Shown here in pieces: positions 27,806-38,308 of a DNA stretch of 64,000 nucleotides (the stretch's first letter is position 1; every line of letters begins with the position of its first letter). The notes beneath the pieces were generated by a model, which was not told where the DNA came from, did not search any database, and saw nothing but the letters and a program-made list of their open reading frames with translations. The translations under genes and the position numbers were made by a program. Source of the DNA: Candidatus Cloacimonadales bacterium (GTDB taxonomy: Bacteria > Cloacimonadota > Cloacimonadia > Cloacimonadales > JAIOQZ01); assembly GCA_963674825.1 (NCBI GenBank), contig OY771587.1, forward strand, positions 3,424,001 to 3,488,000, given 5' to 3'.

Positions 27806-29908
27806 TTGAAACGGAAAATCAGATATCTTGTATCTTCACTTATCAACTTCGTGATTGTAATGGGGTCTTTTCTTGTTGTAGCCTGGCTCAGGCCAGCAAC
27901 AGTGAATTACGTGTTACCACATTACTGGAAACCCGTTTTACTATATTCGTTGATATGGATTGTGGTTTCGGCACTTGGAGGTAAATACAGCAGCAGGTAT
28001 CGATCATCATTTCGAAAAGTATTTTCAACACTGTTCTTCAGCGATTTCTTTGTGCTGGCAATTATATCGATTATAATGGTTGTTTTTACCAAAATTGGAC
28101 TATCCAGAATCATCATTTTCGGTACAACGGTACTGGCTTTCCTTATTGAATTAATCTTGTACGGAATACACTGGAGAATAACCAAAAAGAAAATAGCCAC
28201 AATAGCTGTTCAAAAGGTATCAAAGAAGAATATAATTCAGGATGTGACGCTTCCAGATGAGATCGATACGGATACCGATGAAGGATTGAACCAGCTGCGC
28301 CAGCAGAAGAAGCCTAAGATCACGTATAACCTGATACAGCTTATCATTCTTGATTTGATCCTGTTCATTGCGGCATTTTTGTTTGTCACATGGCTGAAGG
28401 ATGCGACACGTCGTGTCGTTATTCCTACATATTGGCAGCCAATGGTGATCTGTTCGGTAATCTGGCTGTTCATCTCGTTCTTCAGTGAGAAATACTTTCT
28501 GAAGCAACGTAAGAAAATATCAACGATGTTCTCGGTCATCCTTATGACCAACCTCATTATCATTTCTTTTATCGCAATCCTTGTTCTTGCAGTAAAAGCA
28601 TTCCATTATTCACGGCTGGTCGTGTTCGGGACGATGGTTGTTACGACTGTGCTGGAAATGTTTCTTGCATGGGTCTATTTCTTCACCTCGGAGTTCCAGA
28701 AAACCAATCCTGAATACGCAAAGAGTTCGCTGGTCACTGATTCTGACGCATTGGAAGAAGACGCTGAAACACTGTTACAAGATGAACATCGTACCGCATG
28801 GAAGCCGATGCGATACGATCCTAAGTTTGCATCTAGTGAGAAGCTCGAAGATTCCATCCTGATGCGGCTGATGAACAAGTACCTCAAAGACGATGAGCAG
28901 CTATTCGAATTTATTAACGACAGCGTTGCACTTGAAAACGTGCATAAAGACAACTCGCAAGTACTGAATACAACGACGCTTTACAACATCGAGATCGAAG
29001 ACGACGATTCGCTCGAGTTCTTCCTTAACCTGCATCGCGTCAACGATATGCGTCGCTTGAACAAATACTTCATAAAGGTCAACAGCAAGCTGAAGGAAGG
29101 CGCGATTTTTATCGGGGTCGGAATGACCTTGAAAGAACGTAGGAGGAAGATTCGTGAGCGCTTCCCGCGTATGATCGCGATGCCGATTCTTGCACTGGAT
29201 TTCATTCTGAATCGTGTGTTCCCGAAACTCACATTTTTCAAAGGTATCTATTTTGCTTGCACCAAAGGTAGTAACAGACCTCTCTCCAAGTGCGAAATAC
29301 TTGGCAGGCTCAATTACTGCGGTTTCGAGATCATCGACGAGCGTGAGATCGACAACCTTCTCTACTTCGTGGTCAAGAAGGTATCCAAGCCCAGCCGGGA
29401 TACAAATCCATCCTATGGACCACTTTTCCGCATGAAACGTCGAGGCAAGCACGGGAAGTTTATCTATGTTTATAAGTTCCGTACCATGCACCCTTACTCA
29501 GAGTACCTTCAACACTATATGGTAGAGCGTTATGGCTATGGTGATAAGGGAAAGATTGATGACGATTTCCGTGTGACTGAATGGGGCAGAATAATCCGCA
29601 AGCTCTGGCTGGACGAACTACCGCAGCTTCTAAATTGGTTCAAGGGCGATCTTGCTTTGGTAGGGGTTCGTCCTTTGAGCGAACGTTTCTTGAAAGAATA
29701 CCCTGAGGAACTCCGTGAGGAGCGCTTTAAGTATAAACCAGGCTGCATTCCGCCTTATGTAGCGCTTAGAATGCAACGCGTCGAAGATTACCTGATTTCG
29801 GAAAAGATTTATTTGCAGGATAAACGGAAGCATCCGTTCTTTACCGACATCAAATATTTCTTCTGGGCAGTGTACAATATTTTGACAAATCGGATTCGTA
29901 GTGAATAA
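27806..29908 (+). CDS. Priming sugar (phosphoglycosyl) transferase with a duplicated N-terminal membrane domain
   Basis: C-terminal Bac_transf motifs YKFRTM, DDFRVTEWG…WLDELPQ…GDLALVGVRP, KPG; two similar hydrophobic blocks. TTG start is uncertain. Confidence 0.85.
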   Translation: MKRKIRYLVSSLINFVIVMGSFLVVAWLRPATVNYVLPHYWKPVLLYSLIWIVVSALGGKYSSRYRSSFRKVFSTLFFSDFFVLAIISIIMVVFTKIGLSRIIIFGTTVLAFLIELILYGIHWRITKKKIATIAVQKVSKKNIIQDVTLPDEIDTDTDEGLNQLRQQKKPKITYNLIQLIILDLILFIAAFLFVTWLKDATRRVVIPTYWQPMVICSVIWLFISFFSEKYFLKQRKKISTMFSVILMTNLIIISFIAILVLAVKAFHYSRLVVFGTMVVTTVLEMFLAWVYFFTSEFQKTNPEYAKSSLVTDSDALEEDAETLLQDEHRTAWKPMRYDPKFASSEKLEDSILMRLMNKYLKDDEQLFEFINDSVALENVHKDNSQVLNTTTLYNIEIEDDDSLEFFLNLHRVNDMRRLNKYFIKVNSKLKEGAIFIGVGMTLKERRRKIRERFPRMIAMPILALDFILNRVFPKLTFFKGIYFACTKGSNRPLSKCEILGRLNYCGFEIIDEREIDNLLYFVVKKVSKPSRDTNPSYGPLFRMKRRGKHGKFIYVYKFRTMHPYSEYLQHYMVERYGYGDKGKIDDDFRVTEWGRIIRKLWLDELPQLLNWFKGDLALVGVRPLSERFLKEYPEELREERFKYKPGCIPPYVALRMQRVEDYLISEKIYLQDKRKHPFFTDIKYFFWAVYNILTNRIRSE

Positions 29909-29971
29909 GTGACTCGAATAAAAACGTAGATTCGCAGTGAATCTTGAGCCAATATATGAAATGAGGATACT

Positions 29972-31060
29972 ATGGATAAATTGAGATTCGGCATCGTTGG
30001 ATGCGGAAGGATTTTCAAAAAACACGCACAGACACTAACAAGTTATTTATCGGACAAGGCAGAACTGGTCGCAGTATGCGATACCAAGTTCGATCGAGCC
30101 CAAAAAGCGGGTGAAGAGTACGGCGTTCCGTATTACTCGAACTACAACGAAATGCTTTCACGTCACCCAGAAATCGACGTGGTGAACATCCTTACCGAGA
30201 GCGGTAATCACGCGCACCACACCATCGATATAGCACGGAACTACAAGAAGCATATCGTGGTGGAAAAGCCGATGGCACTTACGCTGGAAGACGCGGATGA
30301 AATGATTCGCGTATGCGATGAGCATCGGGTTAAACTCTTCGTGGTGAAGCAGAACCGTTACAACGTCCCGGTAATGAAGCTCCGCGAAGCGCTGGATAAC
30401 GGTCGCTTCGGAAAGCTTGTTATGGGTACAGTTCGCGTACGCTGGTGCAGGCCGCAAGCCTATTACGATCAGGACGCGTGGCGTGGAACCTGGAGCATGG
30501 ATGGTGGTGTTTTTACCAATCAGGCGTCACATCACATTGACTTGCTCGAATGGATGCTCGGCGAGCCGATCTCCGTCTTTGCCAAGAGTCGCACCGCGCT
30601 GGTGGATATTGAAACCGAAGATACCGGCGTCGCGATCATCCAGTTCCGCAATGGCATTCTTGGCGTGGTGGAAGCCACTACTGCGACACGCCCTAAGGAC
30701 CTCGAAGGCTCCCTGACCATCATGGGTGAACACGGAACAGTTGAGATCGGCGGATTCGCGGTAAACGAGATGAAAATCTGGAATTTCAACGACAGCAACG
30801 ACGACTCCCAGGAAGTTCTCTCCGAATTCAAGGAGATGCCCCCAAACGTTTACGGTTACGGACACAACATGTATCTGGACAACGTCTGCGAATCAATATT
30901 GAACGATAAGCGCGCACTGGTGGACGGCCTCGAAGGACGAAAGTCTCTCGAGCTGATCAACGCCATCTATGAATCAATCGAGACCGGACGCGAAGTACAA
31001 CTGCGGTTCCGTCCGGAGAAATGCCGCCTCGGCAGAAAGAACGGAAACCATGACAAATAA
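29972..31060 (+). CDS. Gfo/Idh/MocA oxidoreductase (WlbA/WbpB-like NDP-sugar 3-dehydrogenase)
   Basis: GIVGCGRI, VEKPMA, QNRYN, DGGVFTNQASHHID. Confidence 0.88.
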   Translation: MDKLRFGIVGCGRIFKKHAQTLTSYLSDKAELVAVCDTKFDRAQKAGEEYGVPYYSNYNEMLSRHPEIDVVNILTESGNHAHHTIDIARNYKKHIVVEKPMALTLEDADEMIRVCDEHRVKLFVVKQNRYNVPVMKLREALDNGRFGKLVMGTVRVRWCRPQAYYDQDAWRGTWSMDGGVFTNQASHHIDLLEWMLGEPISVFAKSRTALVDIETEDTGVAIIQFRNGILGVVEATTATRPKDLEGSLTIMGEHGTVEIGGFAVNEMKIWNFNDSNDDSQEVLSEFKEMPPNVYGYGHNMYLDNVCESILNDKRALVDGLEGRKSLELINAIYESIETGREVQLRFRPEKCRLGRKNGNHDK

Positions 31061-31520
31061 GCCGGCGAAAGTTTATCAGGCGCACATTAAGGATGACGTG
31101 AAGTTCGGCGAGAACGTCACCGTGGTCGAGCCGGTCAATCTATACGGCTGCGAGATTGGCGACGATAGCTTTATCGGGCCGTTTGTCGAGATCCAGAAGG
31201 ATGTCACCATTGGCAAGCGAACCCGCGTGCAGTCTCACACATTTGTCTGTGAGCTGGTTTACATCGGTGATGACTGCTTTATCGCGCATGGCGTGATGTT
31301 TATTAACGACCTTTTCGCCAAGGGTGGGCCGGCGCAAGGAGAAAAAGCGCTCTGGAAATCCACGCGTATCGGCAACCATGTTTCGATTGGTTCAAACGCG
31401 ACTATATTGCCGGTGGATATCTGCGACAATGTCGTGATCGGTGCCGGTGCAGTTGTGACCAAAAATATTACCGAGCCGGGGATTTACATTGGAAACCCGG
31501 CAAGAAAACTGAACAAATAG
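31050..31520 (+). CDS. Hexapeptide-repeat N-acetyltransferase (WlbB/WbpD-like)
   Basis: Left-handed beta-helix repeats, GVMFIND, IGAGAVVTKNI…GNPAR. Confidence 0.88.
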   Translation: MTNKPAKVYQAHIKDDVKFGENVTVVEPVNLYGCEIGDDSFIGPFVEIQKDVTIGKRTRVQSHTFVCELVYIGDDCFIAHGVMFINDLFAKGGPAQGEKALWKSTRIGNHVSIGSNATILPVDICDNVVIGAGAVVTKNITEPGIYIGNPARKLNK

Positions 31521-31560
31521 GTTCCCGACATATGTGTCAGGAATTTGAAATGAGGTAGAA

Positions 31561-32667
31561 ATGAACGTACCTTTTGTAGATCTGAAAGCTCAATACAAGA
31601 GCATCAAACAGGAGATGGATGCAGCCATTCAGGACGTGATCGATAACACTGCCTTTATCGGCGGTCCTGCTATGAATCGATTCAATGACGAATACGCGCA
31701 GTATATCGGCGTGAAGCACTGCATTGGCGTTGGCAACGGAACCGACGCGATCGTGCTGCTGATCAAGGCGATGGGTATCGGTCCCGGCGACGAGGTGATC
31801 GCTCCCGCGTTTACGTTTGTCGCCACCACAGAAGCAATCACCGCAACCGGTGCACGAGTCGTGCTCGTCGACGTTCATCCCGATTACTACAACATTGATC
31901 CAGCGCTCATCGAAGCAAAGATCACGGACAAGACCAAGGCGATTGTGGCTGTTCATCTCTATGGACAGGTTGCCGATATGAATCCGATCCGCGACATTGC
32001 GGAAAAGCATAACCTCAAGGTGATCGAAGATTCAGCTCAGGCACATGGCTCACTCTATGACGGCAAGAAAGCGGGAAATCATGGCGACGGGGCAACCTTC
32101 AGCTTCTATCCCGGGAAGAATCTCGGCGCATATGGCGATGCAGGTGCAATCGTAACCGGCGATGATGAAATCGCGCGGATCAGCAAGATGTATGCGAATC
32201 ATGGCCGTATCAGTAAATACGATCATGAATTCGAGGGGTACAACTCGCGTCTGGACGGACTCCAGGCTGCGGTTCTCCTCGTAAAGATGAAATACATTGA
32301 TGGCTGGAACAACCTGCGGAAGCAGCACGCCAAGCTGTATGACGAGCTTCTCGCAGATATTCCCGAGATAACCATTCCCAAAGTGCATCCGCTCTGCGAT
32401 CCTGTCTATCACCTGTATGTGATTCAGGTCGATAATCGCGAAGTACTTAAGGCCTACCTGAAGGAGAAGGGCGTCAATACAGGCATCCATTATCCGATCG
32501 GTATTCCGTTCCTGGGTGCATACGACTACCTGGGACATAAACCGGAAGATTTCCCGGTGACGCACAGCCTGCAGAACCGAGTTTTGAGCCTGCCGATGTT
32601 CCCGGAAATGACTGAAGAGATGATTCGTTACACGGTTCAGTGTTTGAAGGAATACTTTAAGAAGTAA
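31561..32667 (+). CDS. DegT/DnrJ/EryC1/StrS aminotransferase (WlbC/WbpE-like)
   Basis: [36 protein letters not shown]. Confidence 0.93.
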   Translation: MNVPFVDLKAQYKSIKQEMDAAIQDVIDNTAFIGGPAMNRFNDEYAQYIGVKHCIGVGNGTDAIVLLIKAMGIGPGDEVIAPAFTFVATTEAITATGARVVLVDVHPDYYNIDPALIEAKITDKTKAIVAVHLYGQVADMNPIRDIAEKHNLKVIEDSAQAHGSLYDGKKAGNHGDGATFSFYPGKNLGAYGDAGAIVTGDDEIARISKMYANHGRISKYDHEFEGYNSRLDGLQAAVLLVKMKYIDGWNNLRKQHAKLYDELLADIPEITIPKVHPLCDPVYHLYVIQVDNREVLKAYLKEKGVNTGIHYPIGIPFLGAYDYLGHKPEDFPVTHSLQNRVLSLPMFPEMTEEMIRYTVQCLKEYFKK

Positions 32668-32698
32668 GCTGTTATCTATTTGATCACAATAAGTTATA

Positions 32699-32722
32699 AG
32701 CGGATGGAAACATCCGTTTTTT
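32699..32722 (+). terminator. Intrinsic terminator ending the glycan operon
   Basis: CGGATG-GAAA-CATCCG followed by TTTTTT. Confidence 0.8.
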
Positions 32723-32746
32723 CTGATTACGTTTCAATACGCCGGG

Positions 32747-35038
32747 CTACATCTCACTTCCGATCAGGACATACCAGGACATCTTGCCACGCTTCGAGGT
32801 GCTGTCCATCATAATCACTTCCACAGGACCAATAGGGGTTCGTGCTCCAGCGCTGATTCCATATCCAACGATGTAATCGTCGGTACTGGTAATTAAATGC
32901 ATATACTCACCACAGACTTTCCCTGCTCCTGCACGACCCGACAGGAACACGTTGCGGAATATCTCGTACCGTATGCCAAGATCGTATGACAAAGCGCTTC
33001 TGCCGCTGCGATGCATCCATTCGAGGCCAAGCATGGGTATAAAACGGGATTTGTCCATATGCTGTCCACCCATGAAGAAATGAAACTCGTCCGGGATTTT
33101 ATCGCCCACAACGCCACCACTGTATCCGTTAATCGTAAGTGCCCATTTCTTGGCCAATGGCACTACATTGCGCGTCTCGCCGTAGTATCGCTTGAAATGG
33201 TATGTCTGTTCAATATCTGCATCGCCTGTGTATTGGGGAACACCGTTGTAAGAGGTCATACCGTAATATCCACGTGCTTCGATATAGAAATCGATACCCT
33301 GATTCGGATATATGGATCGATCGTAAGTATCGACTGTGAGGAATCCAATGTAATCAACGAATGTCGAGTTGATCTCATGGGGAAAATAGGAAACAGTCTG
33401 AGCCTTCAAGTCCATATCGGAAGTAAAGAGTTCGACCCCGAGTCCGGCAGAAATCCTGTTATCGGATACGGTCTGCACGGTTATTTGTTGGCCCTCCATT
33501 TCGTAGTCGTAAAAGGCGTACCGGGTACCGTCGTCACCGTAGAGCCAGATATCCATCTTCTCGCCGTTCACGGCGGCTTTAAGGCCCAGGCCGGGTTTCC
33601 AACCGGGATAGTAAAAGTACTCGGTTTTCCAGGCGTAGTTTTCGCTGAGCTTGAGATCGAGCGATAGCCGAGCGCCATCCAGCCATAAGTTCTTGAAAGT
33701 CATGTTGAGCATGAGCGCAGCCTTGAGATCGCTGTTGTAGTTCACACCGACTCTCAGCTGTCCGACCTTTCGTTCCACGGCCTTGATGATGAGCTCCACA
33801 CCGTCTTCAGCGGGAGCAAGGCGATAGTTCACCAGATCGAAATCGCCCGTACCATAGAGGCGGTCAATTGCGCTTTCAAGGTCTTGCGTCGTAACCCATG
33901 TACCTGGTTCGACTTGCAGGTAGGCCAGCAGAACCCTGCCGGAGGTACGTTCAAGGCCTTCGGTACGGATGGAGGATATATAGATCGCATCCGGTGTAAC
34001 CAGCTTCTCCGGTTCCGGAGGAGTGGGGTATTGCCGCTGTTGTTTTGCGATTGCTTTGAGCTCGTTATAATGCTCCAGCGTGGCAGAAATGCCGTGGGAT
34101 ATAAGCGAATCGGCCTTCATGAAGTCGAGGAAATCGTAGCCATGCAGTTTTGGCGCGACATATACATCGATGAAGTTTCGCTCTTCATCCACGCATTTGA
34201 CGCTGTGAAACGCGATCGTTTGAGCGAGGATCTTGAAGAGCGAATTCAAGTCTTCCTCATCGGAGAGATTACCACCCACATCGATTGCGATGATGATATC
34301 AGCTCCCATCGCATCCGCGTATGAAGCCGGAAGATTGCAGGAAAGTCCGCCATCGACAAGCGTCTGGCCCTTCAGCTTGATCGGGATAAACATGGATGGA
34401 ATGGACATGCTGGCACGAAGAGCGTCAGGCAGGTAACCGTCGTCGAGTATTACTGGCTCGCCTGTTTCAATATTTGTCGCAATACAGAGGAATGGAATGG
34501 GTAGCTGATTGAAGTCGTTGATGTGGTGTGCAGAAACAGTAAGCCGGGTAAGTAGCTCATAGAGCTTCTGCCCGGATAGCAACCCCTGCGGCAGGCTGAT
34601 ATCGAAGCCTTCGATAGGGAAGGAGAGCGGATAGATTCTATCGCTTTCTTTCTCTTCGAAGGGAATACTGGAGCGCGGAATCTCGTCGGAAAGCGCTTTT
34701 TCCCAGTCGATATCGTAGGCAAGTTGCTCGAGTTGGTATGGATCATAGCCTATAGCATAGAGACCGCCGATGATCGCCCCCATACTGGTACCAGTAACGT
34801 AGTCGGGCTTGATTCCTATTTCTTCAAGCGCTTGCAATGCGCCGATGTGTGCGAGGCCAAGTGCTCCACCACCGCTGAGAACGACAGCGATTCTTGGACG
34901 ATGGTCGTCGATCTGGGGTTTCTTCGGCTCGCGAAAGCGTCTCAAGAGCCTGATCGCATCGTCTTCCGATTGCGCGGACAATATTCCGCACATCAGCAAG
35001 AAAAGTAAGAGAATGATTATTTGCGGTTTTTTAGTCAT
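32747..35038 (-). CDS. Patatin-like phospholipase + POTRA + beta-barrel (PlpD/type Vd-like), copy 2
   Basis: Signal peptide; SGGGALG, GTSMG and DGG motifs; POTRA-like …IDRLYGTGDF; barrel end TPIGPVE. Confidence 0.88.
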   Translation of the reverse strand: MTKKPQIIILLLFLLMCGILSAQSEDDAIRLLRRFREPKKPQIDDHRPRIAVVLSGGGALGLAHIGALQALEEIGIKPDYVTGTSMGAIIGGLYAIGYDPYQLEQLAYDIDWEKALSDEIPRSSIPFEEKESDRIYPLSFPIEGFDISLPQGLLSGQKLYELLTRLTVSAHHINDFNQLPIPFLCIATNIETGEPVILDDGYLPDALRASMSIPSMFIPIKLKGQTLVDGGLSCNLPASYADAMGADIIIAIDVGGNLSDEEDLNSLFKILAQTIAFHSVKCVDEERNFIDVYVAPKLHGYDFLDFMKADSLISHGISATLEHYNELKAIAKQQRQYPTPPEPEKLVTPDAIYISSIRTEGLERTSGRVLLAYLQVEPGTWVTTQDLESAIDRLYGTGDFDLVNYRLAPAEDGVELIIKAVERKVGQLRVGVNYNSDLKAALMLNMTFKNLWLDGARLSLDLKLSENYAWKTEYFYYPGWKPGLGLKAAVNGEKMDIWLYGDDGTRYAFYDYEMEGQQITVQTVSDNRISAGLGVELFTSDMDLKAQTVSYFPHEINSTFVDYIGFLTVDTYDRSIYPNQGIDFYIEARGYYGMTSYNGVPQYTGDADIEQTYHFKRYYGETRNVVPLAKKWALTINGYSGGVVGDKIPDEFHFFMGGQHMDKSRFIPMLGLEWMHRSGRSALSYDLGIRYEIFRNVFLSGRAGAGKVCGEYMHLITSTDDYIVGYGISAGARTPIGPVEVIMMDSTSKRGKMSWYVLIGSEM

Positions 35039-37341
35039 CAGAACTTATACCCGATTGTCACGTACGAGATTCCATTTCTATTCACATTGCCTGACGACCA
35101 TGAGTATTCAATGGGACCGAAGGGGGTATCGATACCGAATGTCAGGCCGTAACCCCAAACATAATGCTTCTTGTACCAAAGATCATTGTATTCGTTCGCT
35201 GCTTTACCAAGGCCAAATGTCACGATACTGAAGAAAGAATCGTAGAACTCGTACTGGTAATTGAACATAGCCGATAGTACATTATTTCCCGATTTCTGCA
35301 TCTCATGCAGACCAACAAGCGGAACGAAACGGGTGTCACGATAAAGCTTCATACCGCCCATATGGAACTGGTATTCGGGAAATACACTGTTGTAATTTGT
35401 CATGAATCCGTAATATCCGCGGAACTGAAACGCCATTTTTTCCCAGAGCGGGAAGGCTCTAAAATAGCGGAAGAAGTATCGCTGAAAATTATCGTCTTGC
35501 TTGACGACAAATCCGTTCGTAACAGTGATCTCGGAGGTACCCGAACAAGCCCTGAAATCCGCATAGAAGTTTTTACCTCTGCGCGGATAATTGAGATCTT
35601 CCAGGGTGTCCATTTCAATTTTCGCGAAGTAATCAAACAATACACCTTCGGTTCTTTCTGCTTCAATTGCAGTAGAGGTATTGCGCAGCTCAAGTCTGCT
35701 TGCGCGTAACTCGACTCCAGCACCAAGAGAGTATGTGTTATCCAGCAGTGTTTCCGCCATTAGAGAGAGACCGCCCTGATAATAATCCCAATACGATTCT
35801 CTGCTATTGTTATTCACACCATAAGTCCACAAATCCATCTTGTCTTCCCAGTATCCGACTTCGAAACCGACACCCGGGTGGCGCCCTGTCAGGAGGTAAT
35901 AACGAACATCCCAACCATATTGATCACCCAACTTTATATTGGCCGATAGCTTGCTGCCCTCAAGCATGATGTTGCGGAATGTCCCATTGAACAGTAGCGC
36001 TGATTTGCTGACATTATCGTAATGCAAGCCAACTTTGAATAAATTCGAACTGCGTTCTTTTACTCGAACGATCAGCCTAACTCCGCCAGCGACCGGCTCC
36101 AGACGGTACATCGCAAGGTCGAAATATTGACTTCCATAAAGACGCTGGATAGCGAACTCTATCTCGGAAGGCTTGATCCACCTTCCGGGCTCGATCGTGA
36201 GTTTGCTGTAGACCAGGTCACGCGAGACGTTTTTCAATCCCTCGATGCCAATTGAAACCACATATAACGAATCGATCGTTGTTTTAGGTTCGGGTGGATC
36301 AACCTGTTGGAATTGGCTCATGTATTCGCTGAGCGCGATAAGCTCATCGCCACGTTTCTTTGCAGCCTCGTATCCGCAGGCAATTAATGTATCTGCCGCA
36401 TTGAAATCCAGGATGTTATAATCACCTGTATCGGGTGCAATGTATATATCTACCAGCTTCTTTTGTTCAGAGGTACTTCTATATCCACTGAAGCTTATCG
36501 CTTGACTGAGGATGTTGATAATACCGTTAAGCTTGTCTCGCTTGGAGGGAGTTCCTGCTACGTTAACACCGATGATGATATCAGCGCCCATATCGAGCGC
36601 GTCAGAGACCGGGAAATTACGTACCAATCCGCCATCGACGAGCAGCCTGCCATCGATTTCGAATGGGATGAACATGGACGGAATGGACATGCTGGCTCGT
36701 ATGGCGTCTGGTAGATAGCCGTGGTCGAGCACAACTGGTTCTCCTGTTTCAATATCGGTTGCAATACAGCGGAACGGTATGGGGAGTTTATTGAAATCGT
36801 GAATATGATGAATCGACATGGTCAGACGCGAGAGATAGGAGTAAAAATTCTGGCCAGCGACCAGCCCCGATGGTAACGAAATATCCATACCGCGTATCGG
36901 GAACGACAATGGATAGCGATCGGCATCCTGCTTTTCTTCGAGGGCGATCTGGTTTCGTGGCGTTTTATCGCTGAGCATGACAGCCCAGTCCTGATGCGCA
37001 ACCATGTCTTCGATCTGGCTGGAACTATATCCGACGGAGTAGAGGCATCCCATGATGCTGCCCATGCTGGTGCCCGTGATGTAATCAACTTTGATGCCAT
37101 ATTCTTCCAGCACCTTCAGTGCGCCGATGTGTGTAAGTCCGAGCGCACCGCCACCGCTTAGAACCAGTCCGATGCGTGGACGGCGTCCGAGTGTATCGAG
37201 CCTGGTGTGCTTGAGGTGTTCGAGGATTTTGTCGCCATAGTCCGGAAACATCAGGCTATCTGGCGTTTCATCAATTGCATGCAGGAGTGTAGAGGAGATA
37301 AGTACGATGATCGATAGTGCAAGGATCTTCGTCAATTTCAT
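35038..37341 (-). CDS. Patatin-like phospholipase + POTRA + beta-barrel (PlpD/type Vd-like), copy 1
   Basis: Same motifs (SGGGALG, GTSMG, DGG; IQRLYGSQYF; TPFGPIE…IGYKF). Confidence 0.9.
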   Translation of the reverse strand: MKLTKILALSIIVLISSTLLHAIDETPDSLMFPDYGDKILEHLKHTRLDTLGRRPRIGLVLSGGGALGLTHIGALKVLEEYGIKVDYITGTSMGSIMGCLYSVGYSSSQIEDMVAHQDWAVMLSDKTPRNQIALEEKQDADRYPLSFPIRGMDISLPSGLVAGQNFYSYLSRLTMSIHHIHDFNKLPIPFRCIATDIETGEPVVLDHGYLPDAIRASMSIPSMFIPFEIDGRLLVDGGLVRNFPVSDALDMGADIIIGVNVAGTPSKRDKLNGIINILSQAISFSGYRSTSEQKKLVDIYIAPDTGDYNILDFNAADTLIACGYEAAKKRGDELIALSEYMSQFQQVDPPEPKTTIDSLYVVSIGIEGLKNVSRDLVYSKLTIEPGRWIKPSEIEFAIQRLYGSQYFDLAMYRLEPVAGGVRLIVRVKERSSNLFKVGLHYDNVSKSALLFNGTFRNIMLEGSKLSANIKLGDQYGWDVRYYLLTGRHPGVGFEVGYWEDKMDLWTYGVNNNSRESYWDYYQGGLSLMAETLLDNTYSLGAGVELRASRLELRNTSTAIEAERTEGVLFDYFAKIEMDTLEDLNYPRRGKNFYADFRACSGTSEITVTNGFVVKQDDNFQRYFFRYFRAFPLWEKMAFQFRGYYGFMTNYNSVFPEYQFHMGGMKLYRDTRFVPLVGLHEMQKSGNNVLSAMFNYQYEFYDSFFSIVTFGLGKAANEYNDLWYKKHYVWGYGLTFGIDTPFGPIEYSWSSGNVNRNGISYVTIGYKF

Positions 37342-37356
37342 CCTTTCATGTCCCGG

Positions 37357-38013
37357 TTATTCGGTTGAAGTCTCTTTGGGGTAACGTTCGAGGAAGTCGA
37401 GGGCTTCCCGTAGTCCCAAGTTGGCGGCTTGTTCCACCATTTCATAGCCTTCGTCTTTTCGCCCGAGCTGAATATAGACGACGCCGAGTGCAGCCAGGGC
37501 CTGAACATGCGATTCGTCTAATGAGAGGGCTTTCTCTAGCATCGACTGCGCACTGGAGAAATTGCTTTGCTCCATTTCGATAAGGCCCATGCTGTAATAA
37601 GCTTCAACGTTGACAGAATCGAGTTCAGTTGTGCGTTTGAATGATCGCATAGCGCTGCCGAGATCGCGATTGTAGTAATAGGTAACCCCAAGGTCGTACC
37701 AGCTTTGCGCATCTTTTGGCGTCAGCTCGATCTGGTTCTTGAAGTGAACCAGCGCTTGATCGTAATCGCCCAATTTCTGATAGCACAGCCCGATATTGAA
37801 CTGGATCCCCGGATGCTCGGGATTGAGCTCCAACACCTTTTCGAAGGCTTTGATCGAACCCTGGTAATTACCATTCTGGAAGAGTTCGACAGCATCGGCG
37901 AATTGCTGTTTTGCCTGCGCAAGTTCCGGATCTTCCTCACGATGGTAGGTCTCCTTCGCGATGAGCAATCCACATAGAGAGAGCAGAGCGATCAAGATGT
38001 ATAGCTGTTTCAT
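37357..38013 (-). CDS. Secreted TPR protein
   Basis: Signal peptide followed by about five TPR units. Confidence 0.85.
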   Translation of the reverse strand: MKQLYILIALLSLCGLLIAKETYHREEDPELAQAKQQFADAVELFQNGNYQGSIKAFEKVLELNPEHPGIQFNIGLCYQKLGDYDQALVHFKNQIELTPKDAQSWYDLGVTYYYNRDLGSAMRSFKRTTELDSVNVEAYYSMGLIEMEQSNFSSAQSMLEKALSLDESHVQALAALGVVYIQLGRKDEGYEMVEQAANLGLREALDFLERYPKETSTE

Positions 38014-38127
38014 GACAGATCCTTATCATTTTACAATCCATATTTGAGGAGGCTTCAAGTTTGTCAATGAATGTGATTTCACTTGACAGGAAAAAGCGAA
38101 ATGGGATGGATGTTTCGGAACTTACGT

Positions 38128-38203
38128 GGGGCTATAGCTCAGTTGGGAGAGCGCATCGTTCGCAATGATGAGGCCAGGGGTTCGAATCCCCTTAGCTCCA
38201 CCA
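38128..38203 (+). tRNA. tRNA-Ala (anticodon CGC)
   Basis: GGGGCTA/TAGCTCC acceptor stem with G3:U70; anticodon arm CATCG-TTCGCAA-TGATG; GGTTCGAATCC T-arm; encoded CCA; TTGACA at 38083. Confidence 0.97.
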
Positions 38204-38308
38204 TTTCATTTTTGACCTGCTGATGCATATTATCATTTGACAATCCGATGAATCTTCCCATACTATTGAAAAGGCTTTGTATAGCCAAATTCTGACCATG
38301 GAGCATTT

